Positions 1-8,707 are shown, counted from the stretch's first letter. The stretch is 32,000 nucleotides of DNA from an uncultured Erysipelotrichaceae bacterium (GCA_942493105.1 OW818668.1:1170001-1202000); one strand, 5' to 3'. Notes: generated from the sequence alone by a model not told the origin. Numbers and translations: made by a program.

Positions 1-43
1 ATCGTTTTAATAAGAAATAGGATCATTGTCCAATCTTATGGTC

Positions 44-68
44 ACAAAAAAACCTGATGAATCAGGTT
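44..68 (-). terminator. Rho-independent terminator downstream of the prepilin peptidase gene
   Basis: Minus-strand hairpin AACCTG/CAGGTT (51..68). It is followed by a T-run (plus-strand A-run 45..51) right after the stop at 71..73. Confidence 0.65.
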
Positions 69-70
69 GA

Positions 71-823
71 TCAAATAAAGAAACCAAGATACCAATCTAA
101 GATCGGCTGAGCTGCTAAGAATGCGATAAAGATGCCTAAGGCAAGATGAGGTCCAAAAGGCATCATTGTTTTTTTATCTTTGCCTTTTTTAAGTAAGAAG
201 ATTGCTTGAATGCCTCCCAAGATAACACCCAGAAAGAAAGCCACAATGACGTTTGGGAAACCCAGAAGCAAGCCAGCAGCCCCCATCAATTTAACATCTG
301 CCCCACCAAATCCACCTGTCAAAACAGCCAGAATATACATAGGGATACTGATGACAAACATACCCAACAAAGTAAACATAAGATTGGTGGGATGAATCAA
401 ATAGGCAAGGAGCGCTAATATCACGATAAAGATACTGAATCCATCATCAAATTCCATGGTATCCAAATCAATCATGGCTAATACGACTAGATCAGCAGCC
501 AAAGCCATCCCGATCAAACTCATCCAAGTATTTTCAAATCTAAGATAACTTAAGGCAAACAAGATGCCTGTCAACAATTCGATGAGAGGATAACGCCAGG
601 AAATCTTTTCACCACAATAACGACATTTTCCTTTAAGGAAAAGAAATGAAAAGACAGGAAACAGATCAAGTGCCGATAATCCATGATGACAATGCGGACA
701 AAAAGAACGTCCTTTAACGAAATCCAGTTTTAAAGGAATACGATAAATCAATACATTCAGAAATGAACCAATGATGGTTCCAAAGACAAAAATAAAAAGT
801 GCAATGAGGTTTGTTAAGTTCAT
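71..823 (-). CDS. pilD: Type IV prepilin leader peptidase (A24 family, PilD/ComC-like)
   Basis: 250 aa polytopic membrane protein. It has the N-terminal Cys pairs CPHCHH...CRYCGEKISWRYPLIEL and a GGADVKLM aspartyl-protease motif, both typical of PilD/ComC. Confidence 0.9.
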   Translation of the reverse strand: MNLTNLIALFIFVFGTIIGSFLNVLIYRIPLKLDFVKGRSFCPHCHHGLSALDLFPVFSFLFLKGKCRYCGEKISWRYPLIELLTGILFALSYLRFENTWMSLIGMALAADLVVLAMIDLDTMEFDDGFSIFIVILALLAYLIHPTNLMFTLLGMFVISIPMYILAVLTGGFGGADVKLMGAAGLLLGFPNVIVAFFLGVILGGIQAIFLLKKGKDKKTMMPFGPHLALGIFIAFLAAQPILDWYLGFFI

Positions 824-843
824 GCACTTATTATATCAAAGGC

Positions 844-2667
844 TTATTCTACTGTGACAGATTTGGCTAAATTTCTTGGTTTATCAACATCCAATCCTTT
901 TAAAACAGAAGCATAGTAGGCAAAGAGCTGAAGTGGAATAATAGAGACCAAGGGAATCAAGGCAGGCTGTACCTTTTGGATCACAAAGATATGATCAGCC
1001 ACATCGGTTTCAAACATCGGATCATCTAAGGCAAACAAGTAAACTTGAGCTCCACGAGCCTTAACTTCTTTAATATTGGAAATGATTTTTTCGAAGAGTT
1101 TTTCTTGAGTCGCAATGGCGACAACAGGAACGTTATCCGTAATCAAGGATATGGTGCCGTGTTTCAATTCACCGGCAGGATACGCTTCTGAATGAATGTA
1201 TGAGATTTCTTTCAGTTTCAGCGAAGCTTCTAAAGCTAAGGCATAATCTAAACTTCTTCCTATAAAAAACAAAGAAGGTTTGGATACGATCAAGGATGCT
1301 AGTTGTTTAATGTGTTCTTGTTCATTCAAAATCCCAGATACCAAATCAGGGATCTTATGCAGATCTGAGATGAATTGTGATAGTTCCTCAGTAGAACACA
1401 ATCCATGGATGACCTGAAGTTTTTTAGCCAACAAGGTCAATAATGCAGATTGAACAAAGTAAGCTTTTGTTGAAGCCACAGCGATTTCTAAACCGGCCCA
1501 AGTATACAAGACCACATCTGCTTCACGAGCAATACTTGATCCTACCACATTGACAATGGCGATGACTTTAAGTCCATTGGATTTGGCTAAACGTAAAGCA
1601 GCCAAGGTATCTGCTGTTTCTCCGGATTGTGAGATCACCATGACGACTTCCGTTGGCTTTAATATAGGAGATCCATATCTGAATTCGCTGGCAATATGTA
1701 CATCACACGGAATCCTAGCATTAAGTTCAATCAAGTGCTTGCCAATCATGACAGCATGCATGGCTGTTCCACAGGCAACCAAATGAAATTTTGTGATGGA
1801 TTTTAAGAAATCATCGTTTAAACCTTCTTCACTAAAATCAATCTGTTGGTTCTTTATTCTGGGATTGATGGCATTCATCAACACTTTAGGCTGATCATGA
1901 ATTTCTTTCAGCATGAAATGCGGATAACCTTCTTTTTCGGCCGACTGTCGATCCCATGAAGCCGTTTGTAGTTCTTTATGGACGACTTCAAGATCATTGT
2001 CTAAAATCGTGACCTGATCTTTTTCGATGATGGCGATTTCGCCTTCTTCTAAAAGATAATAGTCACGTGTATAATCTAAGATCGCTGTAATGTCTGAAGC
2101 GATGAAGTTTTGACCTTGTCCAATCCCAACGATCAAAGGAGAATCTTTTCTAATCGCATAGATTTGACCTGGATGACCATCAAAAATCATGCCTACCGCA
2201 TAGGATCCACGTATTTTTTCGAGCACTTTTTTGATCGCATCTAAAGGATTGCCTTTTTGAACATAGTAATAATCTAGTAATTTAGCCAAAGCTTCAGTAT
2301 CTGTTGCGGATTCAAAAGTATAGCCCTTACGAATCATTCTGGCTTTAATGAAAAGATAGTTTTCGATGATCCCATTATGGACCAAGGAAACACGATGATT
2401 GCCATGGGGATGAGAATTCACATCTGAGGGCTCTCCGTGAGTTGCCCAACGCGTATGACCAATGCCTACGCCTCCATATAAAGGAAACGTTTTTAACTTG
2501 AGTTCAAGATTAGCAATACGTCCTTGAGTTTTAACGGTTTTGATTTTTCCTTCTTCAAAGATCGATAAACCTACTGAATCATAGCCTCTATATTCTAATT
2601 GTTTTAATCCCGCGACTAAAACATCAGCAGCTTGTTGCTTAGAAACAACGCCTACTATTCCACACAT
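844..2667 (-). CDS. glmS: Glutamine--fructose-6-phosphate aminotransferase (isomerizing)
   Basis: 607 aa. It has the MCGIVG N-terminal nucleophile Cys, two SIS domains and the C-terminal ...KPRNLAKSVTVE. The cognate ribozyme lies upstream. Confidence 0.97.
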   Translation of the reverse strand: MCGIVGVVSKQQAADVLVAGLKQLEYRGYDSVGLSIFEEGKIKTVKTQGRIANLELKLKTFPLYGGVGIGHTRWATHGEPSDVNSHPHGNHRVSLVHNGIIENYLFIKARMIRKGYTFESATDTEALAKLLDYYYVQKGNPLDAIKKVLEKIRGSYAVGMIFDGHPGQIYAIRKDSPLIVGIGQGQNFIASDITAILDYTRDYYLLEEGEIAIIEKDQVTILDNDLEVVHKELQTASWDRQSAEKEGYPHFMLKEIHDQPKVLMNAINPRIKNQQIDFSEEGLNDDFLKSITKFHLVACGTAMHAVMIGKHLIELNARIPCDVHIASEFRYGSPILKPTEVVMVISQSGETADTLAALRLAKSNGLKVIAIVNVVGSSIAREADVVLYTWAGLEIAVASTKAYFVQSALLTLLAKKLQVIHGLCSTEELSQFISDLHKIPDLVSGILNEQEHIKQLASLIVSKPSLFFIGRSLDYALALEASLKLKEISYIHSEAYPAGELKHGTISLITDNVPVVAIATQEKLFEKIISNIKEVKARGAQVYLFALDDPMFETDVADHIFVIQKVQPALIPLVSIIPLQLFAYYASVLKGLDVDKPRNLAKSVTVE

Positions 2668-2682
2668 ATATTATAAATTCCT

Positions 2683-2810
2683 TTCATCAGTGAACAGGTG
2701 GCTCTGTTGATTTAACCTTACTGTTGTCGACACACTGTTTGCCGAAGAGGCATCCGCCGAATCTTTCGATACTCCTCTTTCCTCGTCACTCCCAATGGAG
2801 CCGGGCGCTA
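2683..2810 (-). ncRNA. glmS ribozyme: glmS ribozyme (GlcN6P-dependent self-cleaving leader)
   Basis: The minus strand reads AGCGCCCGGCUCCAUUGGGAGUGACGAGGAAAGAGGAGUAUCGAAAGAUUCGGCGGAUGCCUCUUCGGC...GUAAGG. It carries the conserved core blocks AGCGCC, GACGAGG, AUCGAA and UUCGGCGGAUGCC. It sits immediately 5' of glmS. Ends are approximate. Confidence 0.85.
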
Positions 2811-3040
2811 TAATTGATCTTTATGCAACGTTTTTAGTTGTCTTCCTCCTTTACTATGTTAGTTTAGCATATCCTACCAAGTCTAAACAACACTACATTG
2901 TGTGCATTTTAGTAAAAATAAATACATATTCATCCTATTTGTTTTTATATGTTCAGAAATCGTTTCTAAAAGGTAAACAAATCAAGCAAGACAAGACTCA
3001 TTTTTAGACAATTTTCTCAGGACTTGTTTCATCTTTCCTA

Positions 3041-3069
3041 CTGACAAAACAAAAAAGAATGTGTATAAT
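3041..3069 (+). promoter_or_regulatory. Sigma-70-type promoter for the tRNA cluster
   Basis: CTGACA (3041..3046), 17-nt spacer, TATAAT (3064..3069), 10 nt upstream of the first tRNA. Confidence 0.55.
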
Positions 3070-3079
3070 ATACAAGCAT

Positions 3080-3156
3080 CGGGACGTAGCACAGCTTGGT
3101 AGTGCACTACCTTGGGGTGGTAGGGGTCGCGCGTTCAAATCGCGTCGTTCCGACCA
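3080..3156 (+). tRNA. tRNA-Pro, anticodon read as GGG
   Basis: Manual cloverleaf: acceptor CGGGACG/CGTTCCG, anticodon stem CTACC/GGTAG, loop TTGGGGT (G37), T-loop TTCAAAT, encoded CCA. Confidence 0.85.
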
Positions 3157-3158
3157 AT

Positions 3159-3235
3159 GCGGCCGTAGCTCAGTTGGATAGAGCGAGCGCCTCCTAAGCG
3201 CTAGGTCACAGGTTCAATTCCCGTCGGTCGCGCCA
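3159..3235 (+). tRNA. tRNA-Arg (anticodon CCT)
   Basis: Manual cloverleaf: acceptor GCGGCCG/CGGTCGC, anticodon stem AGCGC/GCGCT, loop CTCCTAA, encoded CCA. Confidence 0.85.
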
Positions 3236-3264
3236 AAAACCCTTAATGGAAGATTTATAAATAA

Positions 3265-3348
3265 GCACCAGTGGCGGAACTGGCAGACGCGCACGTTTGA
3301 GGGGCGTGTGATTTAACCGTACGGGTTCAAGTCCCGTCTGGTGCACCA
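3265..3348 (+). tRNA. tRNA-Leu (anticodon GAG), class II with long variable arm
   Basis: GCACCAG...CTGGTGC acceptor, anticodon stem CACGT/GCGTG, loop TTGAGGG, long variable arm, T-loop TTCAAGT, encoded CCA. Confidence 0.8.
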
Positions 3349-3392
3349 AAAATTACCCAATTGTTGGATAATGATGGATGAAATTATTAGCC

Positions 3393-3433
3393 CCTAAAAA
3401 AACAGAAGGACTGACTAGAATCAATCCTTTTTT
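3393..3433. terminator. Bidirectional intrinsic terminator between the tRNA cluster and the convergent SIS gene
   Basis: Hairpin AAGGACTGA-CTAGAA-TCAATCCTT with one mismatch. It is flanked by an A-run (3394..3400) and a T-run (3427..3433). Confidence 0.55.
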
Positions 3434-3464
3434 TATAAAGTGTTTCCTGATCAATAAATCTCTA

Positions 3465-4202
3465 TTAAAAATTATGAATATATCGTTTCATAAGATCTTC
3501 GTTATGGGCATCAGCACCATCTAGATTTGAACTTATAAAGACAGGGACTTCTAATCCTAAAGCTTTGATTTTTGAGGCAACCAAGATACTGATGGATTCC
3601 GCCATAAAAGCCCCGATAATAGTAGAACTGGATCCCATCATTAATCCATCTCCTAAGTCAAAACCAGCATCACCAAAAGCTCCGCAATTATCAATGATGA
3701 TGTCTGCATAATGATCTAGATTCTTTCCTAATGGATGTCTGGAACTGATGGATTTGGTTTGTTTATCATTGACGAATGCGATCACATTCAGTCCTGCCTC
3801 TTGAGATATCTTTGCAAGTTCTATAGGCAAAGCATTACGTCCTGAGTTACTGCAAATCATGATCACATCTCCAACTTCACAATGATACAGATCGAAATAT
3901 ACTTTCGCCAAATCTTTGGTTCTTTCAAGTCTTGTAGATTTCAATGGATGATCGCTTAAGTTCAATTCATTGGGAATCATGGGAGTCACATTGGCTAAGC
4001 CTCCCGCCCGAGCATAGAATTCCTCAGCGATCATATGGGAATGACCACTTCCAAATATTAAGAAACGTTTGTGTGCTACATAAGCTTCAACGATTTTATC
4101 AGAAGCCTTTTCAATGGCTTCCCATTGGGTTTCTTGAAAGTGTTTCAGCAATGAATTGATTTGGGTAGCATATGCAGTGAATAAAGGGTTAGATGGTTTC
4201 AT
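3465..4202 (-). CDS. SIS (sugar isomerase) domain protein, UPF0309-like
   Basis: 245 aa with FGSGHSHMIAEE and ICSNSGRN motifs characteristic of single-SIS UPF0309 proteins. SD AAGAGGAG and a TGcTATAAT extended -10 lie upstream. Confidence 0.75.
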   Translation of the reverse strand: MKPSNPLFTAYATQINSLLKHFQETQWEAIEKASDKIVEAYVAHKRFLIFGSGHSHMIAEEFYARAGGLANVTPMIPNELNLSDHPLKSTRLERTKDLAKVYFDLYHCEVGDVIMICSNSGRNALPIELAKISQEAGLNVIAFVNDKQTKSISSRHPLGKNLDHYADIIIDNCGAFGDAGFDLGDGLMMGSSSTIIGAFMAESISILVASKIKALGLEVPVFISSNLDGADAHNEDLMKRYIHNF

Positions 4203-4330
4203 AAGTGACTCCTCTTAAGTTTTTAAGCTTAATCGTATTATAGCATGTCATCATTTATTGAACTTGTAGCCGAGAAATCAAGTCATACATAGAAGGTGAT
4301 AAAAATAAGATTGTTTTCACAATACAGTGG

Positions 4331-4336
4331 TATAAT
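4331..4336 (+). promoter_or_regulatory. Extended -10 promoter element for the PTS IIB gene
   Basis: TGGTATAAT, i.e. TGn plus TATAAT, 26 nt upstream of the ATG. SD AAGGAGA at 4349..4355. Confidence 0.45.
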
Positions 4337-4362
4337 GATTTAGTTCATAAGGAGATAGTACG

Positions 4363-4665
4363 ATGAAGAAGATCGGTTTATTCTGTGTAGGTGGATTAAC
4401 AACAACTTTGTTGGTCAATAAGATGAAAAAGATAGCGAATGAACAGAGTTATCCTTTGGATATTTCAGCATATCCTACGATTGAGATGGATGTTAAAGGT
4501 AAGAACTGTGATCTTATCATTTTAGGACCTCAAGCAGCCTCTTCATTAAAAGAAGTTCAATCAAAGTATCCCAATAAAAAAGTCATGGTATGTGATATGT
4601 TGGCTTTTAGCCAAATCGATGCGAAAAAGATCCTTGAGGCTGCCAAAGCTTTGTTGGAAAGTTAA
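4363..4665 (+). CDS. PTS lactose/cellobiose-family EIIB component
   Basis: 100 aa. The N-terminal MKKIGLFCVGGLTTTLLVNKMKK has a P-loop-like active-site Cys typical of ChbB/CelA-type IIB. Confidence 0.8.
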   Translation: MKKIGLFCVGGLTTTLLVNKMKKIANEQSYPLDISAYPTIEMDVKGKNCDLIILGPQAASSLKEVQSKYPNKKVMVCDMLAFSQIDAKKILEAAKALLES

Positions 4666-4694
4666 TACTCAACCACAGAAAATAAGTCATTTGG

Positions 4695-4731
4695 AAACAA
4701 ATCATTCGATAATAGAATGGTTTGTTTTTTA
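4695..4731 (+). terminator. Rho-independent terminator after PTS IIB
   Basis: 13-bp stem AAACAAATCATTC/GAATGGTTTGTTT with one G-U pair, loop GATAATA, then a T-run. Confidence 0.8.
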
Positions 4732-4808
4732 TATACACATTACTAAATCAATAGGTAAACCATCTGATAAAACAAGGCTCATGATACAATAAGTCTAGAG
4801 GTAAACCC

Positions 4809-5354
4809 ATGAAAAAGATCCTTGTCTTATTGGCCGAAGGTTTTGAAGAAGGTGAAATGACCATTCCAGTAGATGTTTTACGCAGAGCCCATTTTCAAGT
4901 TGATTTGATGTCGATTGGGTTTTTGGAAGTCATATCATCGCATGGAATCAAAGTGACTGCTGATCGACTGTGGGATGAAGATTCATCTTATGATGCGCTA
5001 CTTTTACCTGGAGGATCTCCTGGAACAGCTCATTTACTTCAAGATGAACGTGTTTTAGCTTTGGTTCGTCATTATGATCACGAAGATAAATATATTTTTG
5101 CGATCTGTGCTGCCCCAAGTGTTTTAGCGAAAGCTGGTATCTTAAAAGGAAGACGGGTCACTTCATATCCGTTAGAAAATTTGGAAACGATTTTCGCTAT
5201 GGCCCATTATTTACTGGATGATGTTGTTATTGATAAAAAGCTCATCACCTCAAGAGGGGTAGGGACTGCCTTCCAATTTGCTTATGCTTGCGCAAATGCT
5301 TTAGGAGCAGATGTTTCATCCCTAAAAAGAATCATGATGTACAACGGTAAATAA
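4809..5354 (+). CDS. DJ-1/PfpI (ThiJ) family protein
   Basis: 181 aa. LLPGG and nucleophile-elbow AICAAPSVL motifs with the conserved Cys. Confidence 0.85.
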   Translation: MKKILVLLAEGFEEGEMTIPVDVLRRAHFQVDLMSIGFLEVISSHGIKVTADRLWDEDSSYDALLLPGGSPGTAHLLQDERVLALVRHYDHEDKYIFAICAAPSVLAKAGILKGRRVTSYPLENLETIFAMAHYLLDDVVIDKKLITSRGVGTAFQFAYACANALGADVSSLKRIMMYNGK

Positions 5355-5513
5355 ACATCATGATAGGTTAATAGATATAAATTAGATTCTTACTCCTCAA
5401 TGACATAAATTGTATTTTTAGATCTATAAATAAAAGCCAAGTACTCATTGTCTTCTCTTAAGTTTCTATGGCAATTTTCATGAAGTTTGCTATAATTATG
5501 AAGCATCACAAAA

Positions 5514-5596
5514 GCACCAGTGGCGGAAATGGCATACGCGCACGTCTCAGAAGCGTGTGGGCAACCGTGCGGGTTCAAGTCCCGCCTGGTGCACCA
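5514..5596 (+). tRNA. tRNA-Leu (anticodon CAG), class II
   Basis: Acceptor and T-arm are nearly identical to the tRNA-Leu at 3265. Anticodon stem CACGT/GCGTG with loop CTCAGAA, encoded CCA. TATAAT at 5491..5496 lies upstream. Confidence 0.8.
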
Positions 5597-5685
5597 TCTT
5601 AGTGATTCACTTTTTGGTTTGAAAACCATTGAGTTAATAAACCATTGATTGATTCTAATAAGCACACCAACATCTAAAAAAGCAT

Positions 5686-5727
5686 AAAAAGCTGATCTCA
5701 ATGAAATTGATGATCAGCTTTTTTTAC
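5686..5727. terminator. Bidirectional intrinsic terminator (tRNA-Leu on plus strand, perR-like gene on minus strand)
   Basis: AAAAAGCTGATC...GATCAGCTTTTT inverted repeat with A-run and T-run flanks. It lies 4 nt beyond the stop of the minus-strand Fur-family gene. Confidence 0.8.
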
Positions 5728-5731
5728 ACAA

Positions 5732-6133
5732 TTACTTTTCTATCAGATTAGGTTTTTGTTGGCACTTCTTACAGATACCTTCGAAAACGATGTGATGCTT
5801 GTGGATGATATACGAAGTTTCTTTGGCTACCACTAAATCAAATTCATTTTGATAAGTCAAAGGCAAATCTATGATTGATTTACATTCTATACAGAGAAGA
5901 TGATAATGCGTATCTTGGCGTATTTCAAAATGATCCACTTGAGATATTTTGATTTGATGTACATCACCTTGCTTAACCATAACATTAAGATTCCGATAGA
6001 CTGTGCTTCGACTTATTTTACTGTCTATGGATTTGATATCCAAGTAAATTTGATCAGCACTAGGATGATCATTGCGTGCTTTGAGTGCACTTAAAACACG
6101 TTGCCTTTGTTTTGTGTTTCTGTTTTGATTCAT
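5732..6133 (-). CDS. perR: Fur-family metalloregulator, probably peroxide sensor PerR
   Basis: 133 aa with a winged-helix N-terminus and two CxxC pairs (CIEC, CKKC). His-rich DTHYHLLC. It lies directly downstream of the catalase gene. Confidence 0.7.
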   Translation of the reverse strand: MNQNRNTKQRQRVLSALKARNDHPSADQIYLDIKSIDSKISRSTVYRNLNVMVKQGDVHQIKISQVDHFEIRQDTHYHLLCIECKSIIDLPLTYQNEFDLVVAKETSYIIHKHHIVFEGICKKCQQKPNLIEK

Positions 6134-6161
6134 TCATGTAACCAGTATAAGCAAATCTTTC

Positions 6162-7676
6162 CTAGATGGGTTTTGGTAGTGTTGCTTCAATAAGCCCTTT
6201 GTGATTTAGTTTGGAAAGTTCTTTCACTTTTTTAAGATCTAGTCCAGCTGCTTTTGTAAAACGTTCGCCATATTCTTTATCAGCAAGATAACAATGAACA
6301 GCATGTCTGTATTTAATGTTTTCTGTAACTGAAGCAATATCATTGGCTGTATTCTCGATAAGGATCTGTTTCTTATCTTCAGTCAAGATCTTCCATAAAT
6401 TACCGCCAGCTCTGAAACAATCGTCTGTAGGATCATCTTTAGGATCATAGCGATACATGGCTCCATCTAAATCCAATGGGGGTTCCAAAGCTTCAGGTTG
6501 AGCTGCCCATATGCCATCACTGTTAGGTGAATAAGCAGGTGCACTTCCATAGTTACCATCTGTACGCATGGCACCATCACGATGATATTCATTGACTTCA
6601 CCTTTCGCTCGATTGACTGGGATATGATTGTGGTTGACTCCTAAACGATAGCGTTGGGCATCACCGTAAGAGAATAATCTGCCTTGTAGGAAACGATCTG
6701 GACTAAATCCGATTCCAGGAACCACATGGGCCGGAGTGAAAGCAGCTTGTTCAACTTCCGCAAAGAAATTTTCTGGATTTCGATTTAATTCAAGCACGCC
6801 TACAGGAATCAGTGGATATTCAGCATGCGGCCAAATCTTAGTGATGTCGAAAGGATTTTCATAATGATGCTTGGCTTGTTCTTCCGTCATGATTTGAACA
6901 AACATATTCCATTTTGGAAAATCACCGCGTTCAATCGCTTCATAGAGATCTTTACCATGATACTCACGATCCATCCCATTGATTTTAGCAGCTTCTTCAT
7001 TGGATAAATTTTTAATGCCTTGTTGTGTCTTGAAGTGGAACTTGCACCAAACACGTTCATTCTTTTCATTATAGAATGAGAAAGTATGTTCTCCAAAGAA
7101 GTGCATATTTCTAAATGAACTTGGTATCCCACGATCACTCATAACAATTGTGATCTGATGGAAACATTCAGGAAGCAAAGTCCAGAAATCCCAATTATTT
7201 TGAGCAGAACGACGACCCGTATGAGGATCTCGCTTAACTGCACGATTCAAATCAGAGAAATTATGGACATCCCGAATAAAGAAGGTTGGTGTATTATTGC
7301 CTACCAAATCCCAGTTGCCCTCTTCAGTGTAAAATTTAACAGCGACACCACGAATATCGCGTTCACAGTCAGCTGCGCCGCGTTCTCCTGCAACAGTCGA
7401 GAAACGAATAAATAAATCTGTGACTGTACCTGGCTGTAAAACTTTGGCCTTGGTGAACTTTGAAATATCGTTGGTCACAGTCAGTTTGCCATAAGCTCCC
7501 CATCCTTTCGCATGCATACGACGTTCTGGGATGACTTCTCGGTTGAAGTGGGCCATTTTCTCCATCAACCAGACATCCTGCATAACGACGGGACCTCTAG
7601 GACCAGCCGTTATAGAATTCTCATTATCAGGGACCGGTGCTCCTACTTCATTGGTAAGATTCTTGTAGTCTTTCAT
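6162..7676 (-). CDS. katA: Monofunctional heme catalase
   Basis: 504 aa. Classic catalase motifs are present: [53 protein letters not shown] upstream. Confidence 0.95.
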   Translation of the reverse strand: MKDYKNLTNEVGAPVPDNENSITAGPRGPVVMQDVWLMEKMAHFNREVIPERRMHAKGWGAYGKLTVTNDISKFTKAKVLQPGTVTDLFIRFSTVAGERGAADCERDIRGVAVKFYTEEGNWDLVGNNTPTFFIRDVHNFSDLNRAVKRDPHTGRRSAQNNWDFWTLLPECFHQITIVMSDRGIPSSFRNMHFFGEHTFSFYNEKNERVWCKFHFKTQQGIKNLSNEEAAKINGMDREYHGKDLYEAIERGDFPKWNMFVQIMTEEQAKHHYENPFDITKIWPHAEYPLIPVGVLELNRNPENFFAEVEQAAFTPAHVVPGIGFSPDRFLQGRLFSYGDAQRYRLGVNHNHIPVNRAKGEVNEYHRDGAMRTDGNYGSAPAYSPNSDGIWAAQPEALEPPLDLDGAMYRYDPKDDPTDDCFRAGGNLWKILTEDKKQILIENTANDIASVTENIKYRHAVHCYLADKEYGERFTKAAGLDLKKVKELSKLNHKGLIEATLPKPI

Positions 7677-7722
7677 ACTTATTCTCCTTTCATTTATGTA
7701 AATATCACAGGGATATTTGCAA

Positions 7723-8373
7723 CTATAGTGACAAACACATCACAAGTAACCACAGATAAGTACAGGTTTTTGGAAGCATCAACATCCCAATCTTTGGATT
7801 ATTGTTTGCCCAAATCACCACTGGCAGATAAAACATAAAACTCAGCAGGATAGCCAACCACGCCCATTCTAAGCCAGGTTGACTGGATTTGTTTATGAAG
7901 AATAAACCAGCCACCATCAAACCCATCAAGAAAAAAGGAACATTGCGCCAAATTCCCCAATTTACTGGAGGATATCGTTGAGTCCATTTATTTTGAGGCA
8001 ATAAACACAAGATGATCCTTATTATCGCTAAGGCATACATCATCATTGTCCAAATATAAGTGTTTTCTGGACTATAAACAGAGATTCCTATTTGCCACAA
8101 TAACAGATAAAAGAAAGTCATGGTGATTGAAGTGATTTGCTTTCCACGTCCCAGTATTTTACGATACTTCTCTTCATTGTCGCTCAAGATAACGATGATC
8201 CTTGGGATCAAATGAAAAGCATCCCCACCCACCAGTACCAAAGCCATAATGCCCGCAAGGTATCGTGATGACTGATCCCCAGCGCTTTGAATCAGAACAA
8301 TTCCTATGAGTAAGGCACTTAAAAGATAAAACACATCAAACAATGCTTCTACTTTTCCAAACATTCTTTTCAT
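7723..8373 (-). CDS. Polytopic integral membrane protein of unknown family
   Basis: 216 aa with about 6-7 hydrophobic segments and a [11 protein letters not shown] motif. No family recognised. It ends 46 nt upstream of the catalase gene on the same strand. Confidence 0.6.
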   Translation of the reverse strand: MKRMFGKVEALFDVFYLLSALLIGIVLIQSAGDQSSRYLAGIMALVLVGGDAFHLIPRIIVILSDNEEKYRKILGRGKQITSITMTFFYLLLWQIGISVYSPENTYIWTMMMYALAIIRIILCLLPQNKWTQRYPPVNWGIWRNVPFFLMGLMVAGLFFINKSSQPGLEWAWLAILLSFMFYLPVVIWANNNPKIGMLMLPKTCTYLWLLVMCLSL

Positions 8374-8404
8374 GATCTAAAAACTCACTTTCTTTTAGCC
8401 AAAC

Positions 8405-8476
8405 TTAAAATATGAAAGGTAACCCAGTTCCAATCAAAAACAGTAATCCAATGCTTGAAAGCAGAAAGATTTTCAT
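8405..8476 (-). CDS. Possible 23-aa hydrophobic micropeptide (MKIFLLSSIGLLFLIGTGLPFIF)
   Basis: ATG-to-TAA ORF found by hand on the minus strand, 31 nt upstream of the membrane-protein gene. AAGGTAAGG lies about 12 nt upstream. It could be chance in AT-rich DNA. Confidence 0.2.
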   Translation of the reverse strand: MKIFLLSSIGLLFLIGTGLPFIF

Positions 8477-8683
8477 ATCAATGGGGTACCTTACCTTAAG
8501 GTGTATATAAATGAATCTTATTAGGACTAGATACGAATAGTATACTTCTAAAATTAAGCTTAATGTGTTTTATAAGCTATGAATGCGTGGTTTCACGAAT
8601 CTTTCATCCTTATCCTAAACATCTTATTTTAGCCAGTTGGGAGATTTGAAGAGCTTAAATTTATTGCGTTGGTTGTTTTGTGT

Positions 8684-8707
8684 ACAAAAAAAGTCCAATG
8701 GACTTTT
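8684..8707 (-). terminator. Rho-independent terminator after the epimerase gene
   Basis: The minus strand reads AAAGTCC-ATT-GGACTTT followed by TTTTTTGT. It overlaps the stop codon at 8706..8708. Confidence 0.7.

Noticed and set aside
1-57. Open plus-strand frame running from the window edge to the TGA at 55..57
   Set aside because: Only 18 codons are visible, with no recognisable motif. I cannot distinguish a real gene 3' end from chance.
206-418. Two plus-strand ORFs (206..418 and 210..395) inside the pilD gene
   Set aside because: They are antisense to a well-supported membrane-protein gene, have low-complexity translations and lack an SD. The same reasoning applies to the other antisense ORFs in the track: 1550..1786, 3944..4159, 5900..6094, 6825..7415, 7512..7838, 7799..7987, 9169..9523, 9797..10435, 11789..12139, 12970..13200, 14827..15012, 15414..15647, 17131..17331, 17941..18144, 18972..19428, 20199..20381, 20585..20776, 21505..22113, 22499..22819, 24000..24215, 24832..25225, 25630..26013, 26335..27013, 27224..27512, 28079..28306, 29630..30129.
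2795-3007. 70-aa plus-strand ORF
   Set aside because: It starts antisense to the glmS ribozyme core and runs through AT-rich promoter DNA. There is no SD and the hydrophobic, low-complexity translation is typical of AT-rich noise.
4592-4792. 66-aa plus-strand ORF overlapping the end of the PTS IIB gene
   Set aside because: It is out of frame with the IIB gene and runs through the strong terminator at 4695..4731. No SD.
5390-5701. 103-aa minus-strand ORF
   Set aside because: It is antisense across the tRNA-Leu(CAG) gene and the terminator. The tRNA cloverleaf explains the sequence.
6134-6161. TATACT-GGTTAC-ATGAATG upstream of the perR-like gene as another leaderless start
   Set aside because: The ATG at the leaderless distance is out of frame with the Fur-family ORF. 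The in-frame ATG is 10 nt from the -10, and read-through from katA is an equally good explanation.
8553-8564. Perfect 12-bp palindrome ATTAAGCTTAAT in the long intergenic region upstream of the membrane-protein / katA / perR genes
   Set aside because: I considered it as a PerR/Fur box, but it does not fit the 7-1-7 TTATAAT-N-ATTATAA consensus. A 12-bp AT-rich palindrome can occur by chance. It is mentioned only as something to test by footprinting.
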